Assembly (NCBI RefSeq): GCF_036588685.1
Contig: NC_086376.1
Span: forward strand, 27,404,001 to 27,468,000
Source of the DNA: Mytilus trossulus
Taxonomy: Eukaryota
Length of the DNA: 64,000 nt
Direction: 5' to 3'
In this document: positions 1 to 11,047 of the stretch, piece after piece
How the letters are laid out: the number at the start of each line of letters is the position of its first letter
How positions within the stretch are numbered: position 1 is the first letter of the stretch
The notes under the pieces: generated by a model
Seen by the model: the letters and a program-made list of their open reading frames with translations, nothing else
The model's database searches: none
Told to the model about the DNA's origin: nothing
Position numbers and translations under genes: made by a program

Positions 1-722
1 AGTTTGTGTTTTATTTTCTATTTCGTCAAAAAAACATGGACGTCATGGCTAAAAATAGAACACAGGTTAAAAAGCAGTTTTTGGCTTATATATCTAAAAA
101 AAAAAAAAAAAAAAAAAAAAAACTCCAGCATTTAGAGCAAATAAGACAAGAAGTTAGAGTATTTATAAGGTCAAGTCTACCTGTCCTGAAATTTTCAGCC
201 AAATTGGGTAACTGGTTTTTCAGGTATAATGCCCCTGAGTTGATGATTTTAAAGGAATTTTGCAGTTTTTGGTTATTATCTTGAATATTATTATAGAAAC
301 AGATAAACTGTTAATAGCAAAAATGTTAAGCAAAGTAAGATCTACAAATAAGTCATTTGACCAAAATTGTCAATTGACCCCTTAAGGAGTTATTGCCCTT
401 TTTTCACAATTTGTTCATCATGTTGACTTACTTTAAAAAATCTTCTCCTTTGAAACTGCTGTATCAATTTCAGCCAAACTTAGGCTAAATGAGTTTCAGA
501 GTATTTAGTATAAATTTTATATTTTATTTCCTTGTATGTCAAGAAACATAGCTCCTATGGCTAAAATAGAACATAGGAGAAAATGATTTTTTTTTTGCTT
601 TTGAAGAAAATAGGACGATTCAAAGAACATTTAAGTAAATTGAAAAGCCAATATAATCATTGATGAGAGATTTAACCAAAAAACTTAAGGTGAGCTATTC
701 AGGCTCTTGAGAGCCTCTTGTT
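1..722 (+). mobile_element. 3' part of a non-autonomous Helentron/HINE-like dispersed repeat
   Basis: Ends in AGGTGAGC, then a short stem-loop (AGGCTCT-TG-AGAGCCT) and a T-run. Shares motifs with the minus-strand copy at ~47270-48010. Family assignment is inference. Confidence 0.5.
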
Positions 723-966
723 TTTTTCTTACACAATTTTCTTTTCCTACACTTATTTCATATCTCCAATGACAATGTGGGGACGTGGGGTATGTGAGCG
801 CTCTCACTAAGGTTCTTTAATTGCCAATGAGACAACTATCTACCAAAGTTCAATTGAAGTGGATGTTAGCCATTATAGGCAATTCTATACCCTTCAAGAA
901 TGAAAAAAACACCATGCTGTATAATCTCCTATAAAAGGTTCTGACATGAAAGATATGATAGGCCTG

Positions 967-1759
967 TATGGAACGCCATGACTGTCTTCTGATGTTGATT
1001 GTTTAATATGTTCGGTGCTTTATCCATTATATTCAGTAGTATGTATATTATGTTCAGTAGATATCCCATTATGTTCAGTAGTTATTACATTATGTTCAGT
1101 AGTTATTACATTATGTTCAGTAGTTTTGATATTATATTCGGTGCTTTGGTTATTATGTTCAGTAGTTTCATTATTATATGCAGTGGTATCTAAATTATGT
1201 TCGGTACTTCTGACTTTATATTCAGTACATTTTTCATTATGTTCAGTACTTTTGACATTATGTTCAGTAGATTCAATATTATTTGCAGTACATTATGTAA
1301 TACCTTCAGTAGTCCCGGTTTCTTTATATTCAGTAGATTATTCATTATGTTCAGTAAAAGCATCGGTATTATATTCGGTTCGTTCAACTTTATGTTCAGT
1401 GGTTGTATCATTATGATGATGTAGTAAAAGTCGGGAAGTCAATAACGGAAATTGTCGGAAAACAACGAACGCGGATATTTTTGGCGGACGTTTTATTCAT
1501 GAATACCTTTACGTGATTGAATGAAAATGGAAGAAATAAAAGCAGTTTTAAATCGGTGTGGTTTACGTTCCCAAGTTGGCATTTTCCACCAGGAAAAAAT
1601 AACTCCTGACTTAATTTGTAAGTTGTCGCTACAATATTTCGCATATTTAGGTATGAACGACAGGAGAAAAATAATGGAATGAAGAATAGCTTGTGTACAT
1701 TTCAGCAGCAATATTTTGACTAAGAATTATAACAAGTTTTTCATTCCCAAAGAAGCACT
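967..1759 (+). repeat. Left TIR of the IS3EU-like element, with ~21-bp subrepeats (ATTATGTTCAGTAG core)
   Basis: Reverse complement of 16587-17405 with only scattered substitutions and indels; mirrored by near-identical spurious ORFs in the track. Confidence 0.95.
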
Positions 1760-1996
1760 GGAATCCTTGCTTGAAATCGCTTTAAGATCATTTTACTGTT
1801 ATGGAAATTAGTGAGATGTTTAGTGTATCGGAGAGTACAATTTATCGGAATATGAAAATGTATAATTTGAGTAAACTTGAATTTTCTAACATTTCTGACG
1901 AGGATTTAGATGCTGGTATTGCAAAACAGGTAGTGGAATTTCCTTGCTGTGGAGTGATTCTTCTAAAGCAGATATTAGCCCAACAAAACATTAAGG
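1740..1996 (+). pseudogene. N-terminal HTH-like fragment of an IS3EU/IS3-type transposase
   Basis: FIPKEALESLLE..(frameshift)..FTVMEISEMFSVSESTIYRNMKMYNL...SNISDEDLD...EFPCCG...LAQQNIK resembles the HTH plus 'SxISDxELD..FPxxG' region upstream of eukaryotic IS3-like integrase cores. Ends at a possible donor AAG|GTTTGT. No DDE core found. Confidence 0.6.
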
Positions 1997-2664
1997 TTTG
2001 TTCCAAAACCCCAGTCCTAAATTGAATATTTTTAAACACTAGTATGTTCCTGATCCATTTCATGGCTTGACGATGGGGTCACCCATCCCGCCGATGTTCA
2101 GTACTTCAGTAATGTGATTAAAGTTCGTTATTACGTTCTTACTTGTGTTGTACTTTTACATCACAATCTCATGTTAGGGGAGGGTTGAGATCCCGCTAAC
2201 ATGTCTATCCGCGTCGTATATTCTGTATATATGATAATGTGTCGTTTGTTGGTGTGTTACATATTTGTTTTTCATTACTAATACGGCATAAGTTAATTAG
2301 TTTTAATTGTTTTATAGCTGAATTGCAGTATGGGCTGTGCTCATTGTTGAAGGCCGTAAGGTGACCTATAGTTGTTAATTTCTGTGTCATTTTGATCACT
2401 CAGTGTGGAGAGTTGTCTCATTGGCAATCATACGAAATCTTTGTTTTTACATTGACCATTTGGTATATGGCCGTGTTTTAGGCGACACGTACATACAGGT
2501 CATGCATACATTAACTATTTGAAAGAAATCAAATCGTTAACTACTAATGGGTGCCGTACACTACCAATAATTTACCCATACTTTTTTGGTACATTTCTAC
2601 CCTCGTGCATATCAGTACTGTTAGGAAAGACTGAAAACTTATAATGTTATACTTTCAATGAAAT

Positions 2665-2980
2665 AAGTACTGATTTTGTCAGTACTGTTTCAGTACTGAT
2701 TTTGACAGTACTGTTTTAGTACTGATTTTGACAGTACTGTTTCAGTACTGATTTTGACAGTACTGTTTTAGTACTGATTTTGACAGTACTGTTTCAGTAC
2801 TGATTTTATCAGTACTTTTTCAGTACTGATTTTGACAGTACTGTTTCAGTGCTGATTTTGTCAGTACTGTTTCAGTACTGATTTTACAGTACTGTTTCAG
2901 TTCTGATTTTGTCAGTACTGTTTCAGTACTGATGTTGACAGTACTATTTCGGTACTGTTATTTTCAGTACTGTTTCAGTA
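2665..2980 (+). repeat. Subterminal tandem array (CAGTACTGATTTTGA/CAGTACTGTTT), left CACTA arm
   Basis: Many copies of the palindromic octamer CAGTACTG in ~26-bp units; mirrored at ~15750-16035. Confidence 0.9.
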
Positions 2981-3428
2981 GAATTGGTGTTGTTAATCTT
3001 TTTAACTTGAATGTGTATTGTTTCAAAAAATATTTGGAACTGAAAACTTTTAAACTCGGTAAGTATAGTATGCTATATAATAATTTGTGGCATATTTTGT
3101 ATCTTTTGTAGATATCTCTGATTAAGTGTTTATCATTAGAGAAGTTTTTACAATGTGCATTTCAGTACAATTGGTATCCAAATATAGGTTTGATAATTTT
3201 GTGACAATATTATTATTATCCTTTTTTTAGCGGGTTACGTTTTTCTCTTAGACTATATCACCCTGCTGCGCAGATTTTTTTTAGCGACGTGAACATGACC
3301 AAGGAAAATTATTAAGCTTACTCTCGTCTATCGAAATACTATTGAAGCGAAGGAGAAAACAACAGAAATGAAGCAAGATAAGCAGTTTATCGGATTTTAC
3401 CCATTAGGAGCACCTGAATTCACTCCCG

Positions 3429-4317
3429 GGGCCGTGTCAACGAAGCTGTCCTAGGACTAAGACATGTCTTAGGATGGTCTTAGGACACGTCTTAGTCCTA
3501 AGTCGGGTTAACGAAAGTCTCCTAAAATAAGATATGTCCTAAACTTGGTCCTAAAGTTAGGATATACAATTAGGTGTCTTAGGATAGTCCTAAAGGTTAC
3601 ATCGTCCTAAAACGTAATAAAAAACAACAAATATGCATAAACTCAATACTAAAAATACTAATACAATATTAAACTATCATAAATAAAATTAATTAAAAAA
3701 AAATATTGTTTAATGTTTGTTAAAGATTTAATTGTATTATATTAAATTATTTCGTGCTGCCTTTTTTGAAGCCTACAACAATACTATCATCATAAGCAAC
3801 ATATTTTAAATAATTCAAATATGGGAAAAAGTTTACTTCTTTTTTTACCTAATCCTGATTCGATACATGTAATGAAATCGAGTGGACCTAAGGACAAAAC
3901 TAGTTTATGTCCTAAAATTGCAGCACGAATATCACAAAGTTTTGTGACCATTTACTTTTGTTTTCGTATTAAATTCATTTATATCTTTTATCATATTTAA
4001 TAACGTATTCATTAGTTACCCGAAATTTTTTTTAACTTTTATTTTGGGTTAATTGTTTTCTATATAAGAGTCATCCTCCCTCTCTTTACATATAGGTTCT
4101 AAAATACAATTTAATCTATGTCATACAAATCTCTACATATATTTTCAATTAAATAAATGTGTTAGGATGGTCCTAGGACCATCGTAGTTAGGACAGTCCT
4201 AAGACAGCTTTGTTTTACATCCTAAGACATGTCTCAGACACGTCCTAAGACCATCCTAAATAATGTCCTAAGACCTATCTTAGGACATATCCTAGGATAC
4301 TTTCATTGACACGGCCC
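3429..4317. mobile_element. PIF/Harbinger-type MITE
   Basis: TIRs GGGCCGTGTCAA..TTGACACGGCCC, 3-bp flanks CCG/CTG, subterminal TAGGA/TCCTA repeats. An empty-site copy of the target lies at ~4455-4500. Confidence 0.8.
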
Positions 4318-7210
4318 CTGGTTTTTAATGGAGTTCGTGTTGTCTTTTATGTATTTTTCAAAGTGTTGTTGTAAATGCCCTTTTGTTTTGTGATTCTTTG
4401 CTTACTTCTTGACTTTGGTTGTGACTGTCTTTCAGTGTTTATAAAAATATTACGCATTAGGAGCACCTGAATTCACTCCCGGTTTTTAATGGAGTTCGTG
4501 TTGTTTTTATATATGTATTTTTCAATGTGTTGTTGTAAATGCCCTTTCGTTTTGTGATTCTTTGCTTACTTCTTGATTTTGATTGTGACTGTCTTTCAGT
4601 GTTTATAAAAATAATACGCACTCGACATCAGGAAGATTCACACTGTGGTTCGAGGCTGATATTTTACAGTATCAATTGTATAATAGCGCATAATTTATAT
4701 ATATATCAAACAAGTCTTAGATTAGAATCTTCAATACTGTTCATTTTTTGGTATTTTGCTATTGCTTAAAATATGTTGTAATTAATGCAGTTATATGTAA
4801 TACTATGTTAGACAATGCATTATAATCAACACAAAACAATGTCTCGATTACCTTATTTTTAATCATAACTGGAATTTCTTTTATTTATCATAACCATTTT
4901 TTAATATATAATAAAACATTCAATGTCATACCAACATGTAAAGTTTGTGGCAAAAATCTCTGTCATTTTCATGCCCCTTGGTTATTTTATGACCCTTTAA
5001 AGCCCATAAATAAAACAATCAAAGAAACAATTAATTTTGCATGTTTCATGTTTCATTGCTCTCCCCCTATGCCATCTTTTCTTTGGAATGCTTTGTTGAA
5101 TGTCAGTTTCCTGGCTTTTTTCCTCAATTCAGTCCCGGATATGATGTGTCTTTTTACATGTACAGTGGTAATTCAAGAGGACACTTTAGTTCTAAAATGA
5201 GCTCATTATGAGCATCCACCTTTAATGTTTTGGTACTTGTACGAAACTCAGGATTCAATGGTTCATGATTAAATGTTGGTGGGTTTTTTTCTGATGAGTG
5301 CCATGTTGTCTAGATACATCATTTTGTTTATAGGTCTTCAATTTTCACATCGAACATTCCCATGTCTGCTCCTGTCTCCATTGCTGTTAATCATTCTGAG
5401 GAAAGAAAATGTAATGAATTTATAAATAATAAAATTGAGAATGGATATGGGGAATGTGTCAAAGAGACAACAACCCGACCAAATAAAAAACAACAGCAGA
5501 AGGTCACCAACAGGTCAAGGCTACAATAAATTATCTTATGTTAAAACTTTCCTCATTTCTGTGTTATTAATAAGTAAAAATAAAAAGAATGCACAATTAT
5601 GGAAGGGAATGGTATGACATCAAAATGTACTTATTACTTTATATACTACCATAAGTCCAGTAATCACTAATGAACTGGACTTCTGATACTACATGTATAT
5701 ATAATATTATAATCAATCAAAGTTGAAATTTGTTTCTAAATAAAAAAAGAGGAAAATATGATAATTTAATTCATCATCATCAAAGTATTGGTGTTTGCCA
5801 GTGGCAAGTATTTCATACACGTGTAGCTTTAACCATCGGTCTAGTTATGTGCTCTTTATAATAAGAGTGAAACAACGACGAAAGACATTTTAAAAATATA
5901 TACTAACTACTTTATACAAAAGTACATTAATGTTTAATAGATTGAAGTGGAAATTTAATTTAATTGAAAATTTATCGTACATAGTCATATATGTAGCACC
6001 TAGCCAGAGATGTTATACATCTATCTATGGTAGCACACAGAAACGTGTCCGATTCCTCAAAAACGCGTCAATGTGACGTCAATGATTTGATAAACATGTC
6101 AAATTGCACTGGGGAAACCACTTCTGCGGGACGCCGGTCGAGCAGTACCCTCATAGACATACATTTTGTAAAAAGACATTTATAGGCATCATCGGATAAT
6201 ATTAAAACAATAGAATTTACTTACTATTTATAAACGATGATTTAAACTTTACAAAACTTATTAAATGCAATGTTAATGGTTTTTTTTCTAAATACGCATG
6301 ACATATTTGCCACTGGACATTAAGTAATCAATAGTTAATTATGTGTTGTAAACTTAGCCTGCAGTTATGCTTGTTATGAATTACCTATGCTGAACAAACT
6401 AATATTTATCAATGACATACAGTTGAGTGGTCAAGCACCGGGAAGAAAATACAATATAAAATGTACATGATGTATTAGTTTTCTAAATTGTGAAGTACCT
6501 CTGTCTGAACTTTATAATAATGATAATCATATTGATAAAGAAAATCATAAATTAAAGCGCTTCAAATAAAAATAACTTTTTATTGTGCATTTTTTTTTAA
6601 CCAGACCTATAGTCTGTGTCTGCAAGCAGAAGAAATCGTGCACAGTGTAGCATACCTTGGACATTTGTCTGTACGGATTACTAAACCTTTCCTCCAGATT
6701 TTTTTTTGGCACCTGCTTTGACTTTTTTTTCTAATCATTTACAATCCAACCGAACAATACGGGTTCTATCGTATCCCACACCATTAATATTGAATTGCGT
6801 TTTTACTTTACAGAGTATCATTGGGGGTATATGAGTTTTGAAATATTCTGGCGTTTTTAACCGGACACATTCTTAAATTATCGGACACGTTTTTGAGATT
6901 GTAACAATACAAAAAAGGTTATTGTCTTAAGTCATGAGTTTGGTATTCAGAAGTTGGTTTTCAAGTTTGAATGGTTTTACATTAGTCACTTTTGGGGCCC
7001 TTTACACCTTGCTGTTCGGTGAGAGCTCATGCAGACACGGTGTTGAAGACCGTACTTTGACCTATAATGGTTTACTTCTACATATTACGACTTATATGAA
7101 CAGGAGACTTTTCTCATTGGCAGTTATACCACATCTTCTTATATATTAATACAACACTGAGCCACCCAACCCATCCACCCAATTACTCGTTTGTGAGGGT
7201 TGCTTAGAGT

Positions 7211-7291
7211 CAGAGGTGGATTTAGGGGGGGGGGGGTCATATAGGTCAGTCAGTGGGCCCCCACTTATGTAAATTTCTGGATCCGCCACTG
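7211..7291. mobile_element. Small CAG..CTG (hAT-like) MITE
   Basis: CAGAGGTGGAT..GATCCGCCACTG with 5-bp direct repeat AGAGT. Confidence 0.6.
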
Positions 7292-8308
7292 AGAGTGGTT
7301 ACACCGGGCCAAAAATGCATCGGACTGAAACAACATACTGGTTGTGTGTACACTGACAATCAAATTAAAATTAAAAAAATGCATAAAATATTGTAAAAAA
7401 TAATTTTTCATTTGAGTGCATTTACGTAACAATAACACAATGTAACCGTAGACATAAATATCATTGTTACACTCGTAAGTATTCTATGTAGTTCCTTAGT
7501 CAACCCTAGGTCTGCATTCCGGCGATATAGCCTAAACTTCATTGTAACAATAACTTTTTTACGACTGTTACATTTCAAATTGAATGTAACCATAGCCGGT
7601 ACCAAAATAAAATAGAAATTTAAATATTTCACAGACATCTTTATTTACAATATAAAAATAGGAAGACTGTTGAATGATTTTCAGTGGCAGATTCAGAGAG
7701 GGGCGAAGAGGGCGTACGCCCCGACCCCCCCCCCCCCCCCCCCCCCTTTGCTCGGACTTTTCTGTTTTTTTGTTTTTTGTAAAATGATTAATCAGACTAG
7801 ACTTCGTGAACTTTTCCATTTCCCGAGTATTTAATTTTTATACGACAATTCTTTACTTATAAAGACATTTTTCGCTGGCCGGTATTTACTGATTGTCAAA
7901 GTCATGTGATTTGCTATGGTGGAGTTGACCAGTGCGTTGAAAAAACGGCACTCGGTCATTTTGAAATTCAAATTACAGTAATACACATTGCTTAGGCTGA
8001 GGTTGTCATGACAATCAGGAAACCTTCAAAGCGACACAGGATTGAACAAGAACGTATTGACTTCTATTTCACTTTTCCACTAAACAGAAAATAATGGTAA
8101 AAACTCTATAGACTATTACACTGTCATGAAAAAAAAAGTTCCACAATATTATTTACCTACATGTACGAAAACATGTTTAACAAATTGAATGATCCCCAGT
8201 CAGTAAAAGCTCTAGAAAGATTTCAAGTCTCAGGTACGAACCATTTGATTTGAGGAGGCAGTCTGAGATATTTGAGAGAAAAAAAAATGACTCTGATTCT
8301 TGCCTTAA

Positions 8309-8887
8309 GGTGGTATGGGTGTCTTCCTCCATCTTGGATTGTAAAAAACAGTGAACCAAAGGTCCAGATTTTCTATCATGTTAGCAAAATTTGATGCAGG
8401 AATGCAGATATTCAATATGAATTTTCTTTTAAAAGAACCAATTTATAAGAATATAACTTATACATTTAAATATTTTTGCAAATGAGGATAATTTTTGTTT
8501 GTTTTTTATTTTATTTTAAATTGCCATTTTAAGGGGAGGTAACTCTTAAATAGTGCATTTTCTGTTGGATTCTACATGGAATTTTCATATTTTGTATTTT
8601 AGCTAGAAAAAACTCACGGTGACCTTATCTTTTCTTTAGAAATTCTCAAAGCATTGTCTGAAAGCTATCTTCTCCTTAAGTATTTAACAATTCTATCATT
8701 TTGTTTAGTTTCTAACCACAAAATGGTGTTTTTTCCTGTATAATCCAATTTGTCGTGTCCTGTAGCTTGAGAAAATGCGCGGTGACCTATCATTTTCATT
8801 ATCTATTTCAACATATATCAATAGATACTACATTTTGGCAAAGTATGAACAAATTCTATCATTTTTATTTTAGACTCCCATACCACC
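8309..8887. mobile_element. Kolobok-type MITE
   Basis: TIR GGTGGTATGGG(T/A)GTCT at both ends, TTAA on both sides. Confidence 0.8.
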
Positions 8888-10251
8888 TTAAACAAAAATG
8901 TTGGCCGTATCTGGATTGAAAACAATAGTCTTGTCCACTTTTTTGCTATTAAAAACTAAAATTTCCAACAAAAATATTTAGCATGAAATGAACATGATGA
9001 ATAAAAACGGGCGTATTTTTTGTGGCCGGGGTTTGCATGTCTGACTGGAATGTCTGTTTTGCCGGACTTATATATATTGAATACTTTTTTCAAGACCAGA
9101 CTGCATGCAACCTGCCTACTGGATGTGACTTTTATGTCTCCATTTGTTGACCGTCATTCATAACTTCGTTGTCATTTCAGACACGTTCGTAGTCTTTGGT
9201 GGATTTGGAACCCCTGACTTCGGTTCCCTAAGTTATGTTGGGTGAAACATATCAATCAAACATTTTGATAAAAACTGCTTGTTTGTCTTTTTTAACTCGT
9301 GTCGGTCGTATTGTAAATTTCATCTAATTTCCATGTCTATTTTTTACTGACAAGTCCTACATCAAATATATCAGTACATAGCTGTGGATCAATACTATCA
9401 TTTTATGATAGACAATTAATAGGGAGAATACAGCATAAAAAATGTCCAACCCTTACACTTTACAGCAACTATAAGATATGCATGCCCCAAGCCATGGCAG
9501 GAACCGTTTAAATGCTGCATATAACACTTATTTTATTTTTTTTAGCCCAAAAAAGGTCCCAAAAAAATTCCGACTCGCTCCGCTCGGCAAAATTTAATAT
9601 CTTCGCCCCCCTTTCAAAAATCCGAGATCCGCCCCTGATTTTTACCACATCAAATGCACAATGAGCAAACCCATATATCGCATTTCCCAGATCACATTGT
9701 ATGCTAAAAAAATATTTAAAAAAAACAGAAGTAACAGAAATGTTGTTGTTAAATCATTTCAAACGAGATCACTTATATATAAAAATATACATATATGCAG
9801 CAACAACTGAACAGCAACAAACACAGCAGTCAATGTGGCGAGATGAAATAATTTTGTAGGCACCTAGGACTTATATATTAAAATGTTTCCGAAATTAAAT
9901 GAAGCATTGGGCCCTATAAAAAAAATCCTGTCAAAATAGGAAACACATTTTTAAAAGGGGGTTCCAAATCTGGAGATAGGGTTTCCAAATAGATTTCCCT
10001 TTTCAAATTTATGCATTTATCGTTAAAAAGGGGTCCAACCTTCGGATCCCTCTCCCTTCTTACGCCGAGGGGTGTACCGCACCTCCCTTTATCCAATCAT
10101 ATGTTTAGGCTGATCATTTAACAAACATCAATTTGACAAATATTAATACTATAATCTATTTAATAAGGTTTGGCAAAGAAGTAATAATATGTATATCCAA
10201 AACAACCCGCGATTTTATACCTATTTTGACATTTACAGAAAGTTCTGTAAC

Positions 10252-10535
10252 CAGAGGCGGATCCACCCATTGTTTTAAAAGAGGGTTCCAAACACAGGCA
10301 CTTGTTTCTATCCATACGAAGGTCAACAAGTGCCTGTGGTTCCAAACACTCGGGATAAAAGGAAAAAGGGGGGTTCCAACTCAGTCGCCTAAAGATTTCA
10401 TAATTAATAAATTATAGCGAAAAAATGGGGGAAATAAAATATTTTAAGTAGTATTATATATAGAATAATGCTTGAACGTCCAAAATATTTTGGTGTTCCC
10501 ACCCCCGGAACCCCAGGGGCAGGGGTCCGCCACTG
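10252..10535. mobile_element. CAG..CTG (hAT-like) MITE
   Basis: CAGAGGCGGA..TCCGCCACTG with 6-bp direct repeat TGTAAC. Confidence 0.65.
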
Positions 10536-10750
10536 TGTAACGCGTATTCTGCTTTTTTAACTAACGTAATATGTTTTGAATTAGCTATGCTACACTTTTC
10601 TCAGTTTTAATATATTCAATGTACTACTATACCTTGATCTACCTTCAATCCCATTGTGGTATTCAATCCAGAAGAAGTTTGAACTGTTGAACTGTTGATC
10701 ACCGTTGAAATGTCAGTGCGAGTGCAAAAATAACGTTTGTAAACAATGAA

Positions 10751-10772
10751 TGACGTCATGTGTAAATCCAAT
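10751..10772 (+). promoter_or_regulatory. Candidate promoter: CRE (TGACGTCA) plus CCAAT box
   Basis: Perfect TGACGTCA at 10751 and CCAAT at 10768, in a CpG-richer stretch ~220 bp upstream of a first-exon-like ATG. Confidence 0.4.
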
Positions 10773-10983
10773 CACATCAACGTTTTACAATAGGCAATTG
10801 TATGTTCCATATTGACGCGCTTTTGTGATTACGATAATAACATCAACGGCAAAATTTGAGACAACAGTTGATCAGCCGGGAAGGATAGGATACAGAAATA
10901 CAGCAGAGAAAATATCGGTTTACCAGCCACTTGTAGAAATTCTTAAATTTACAGAAAGAGACGATTGTTACGACAAGTCAGAG

Positions 10984-11047
10984 ATGGCGGATCCTTTTCG
11001 AATCATCTACGGATTGCTATTGTTCATGTATGTTTTACAAGTCAAAT
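10984..11047 (+). other. Orphan first-coding-exon-like segment encoding a signal-peptide-like sequence
   Basis: gagATGG context; MADPFRIIYGLLLFMYVLQVK+T, then donor GTATGT (phase 1). No intact downstream exons found. Confidence 0.45.

Noticed and set aside
999-1424. Overlapping ORFs in several frames (MFSS../LCSV..) and their mirror images at 16927-17373
   Set aside because: Artefacts of the ~21-bp subrepeats in the transposon TIRs; low-complexity translations with no splice structure.
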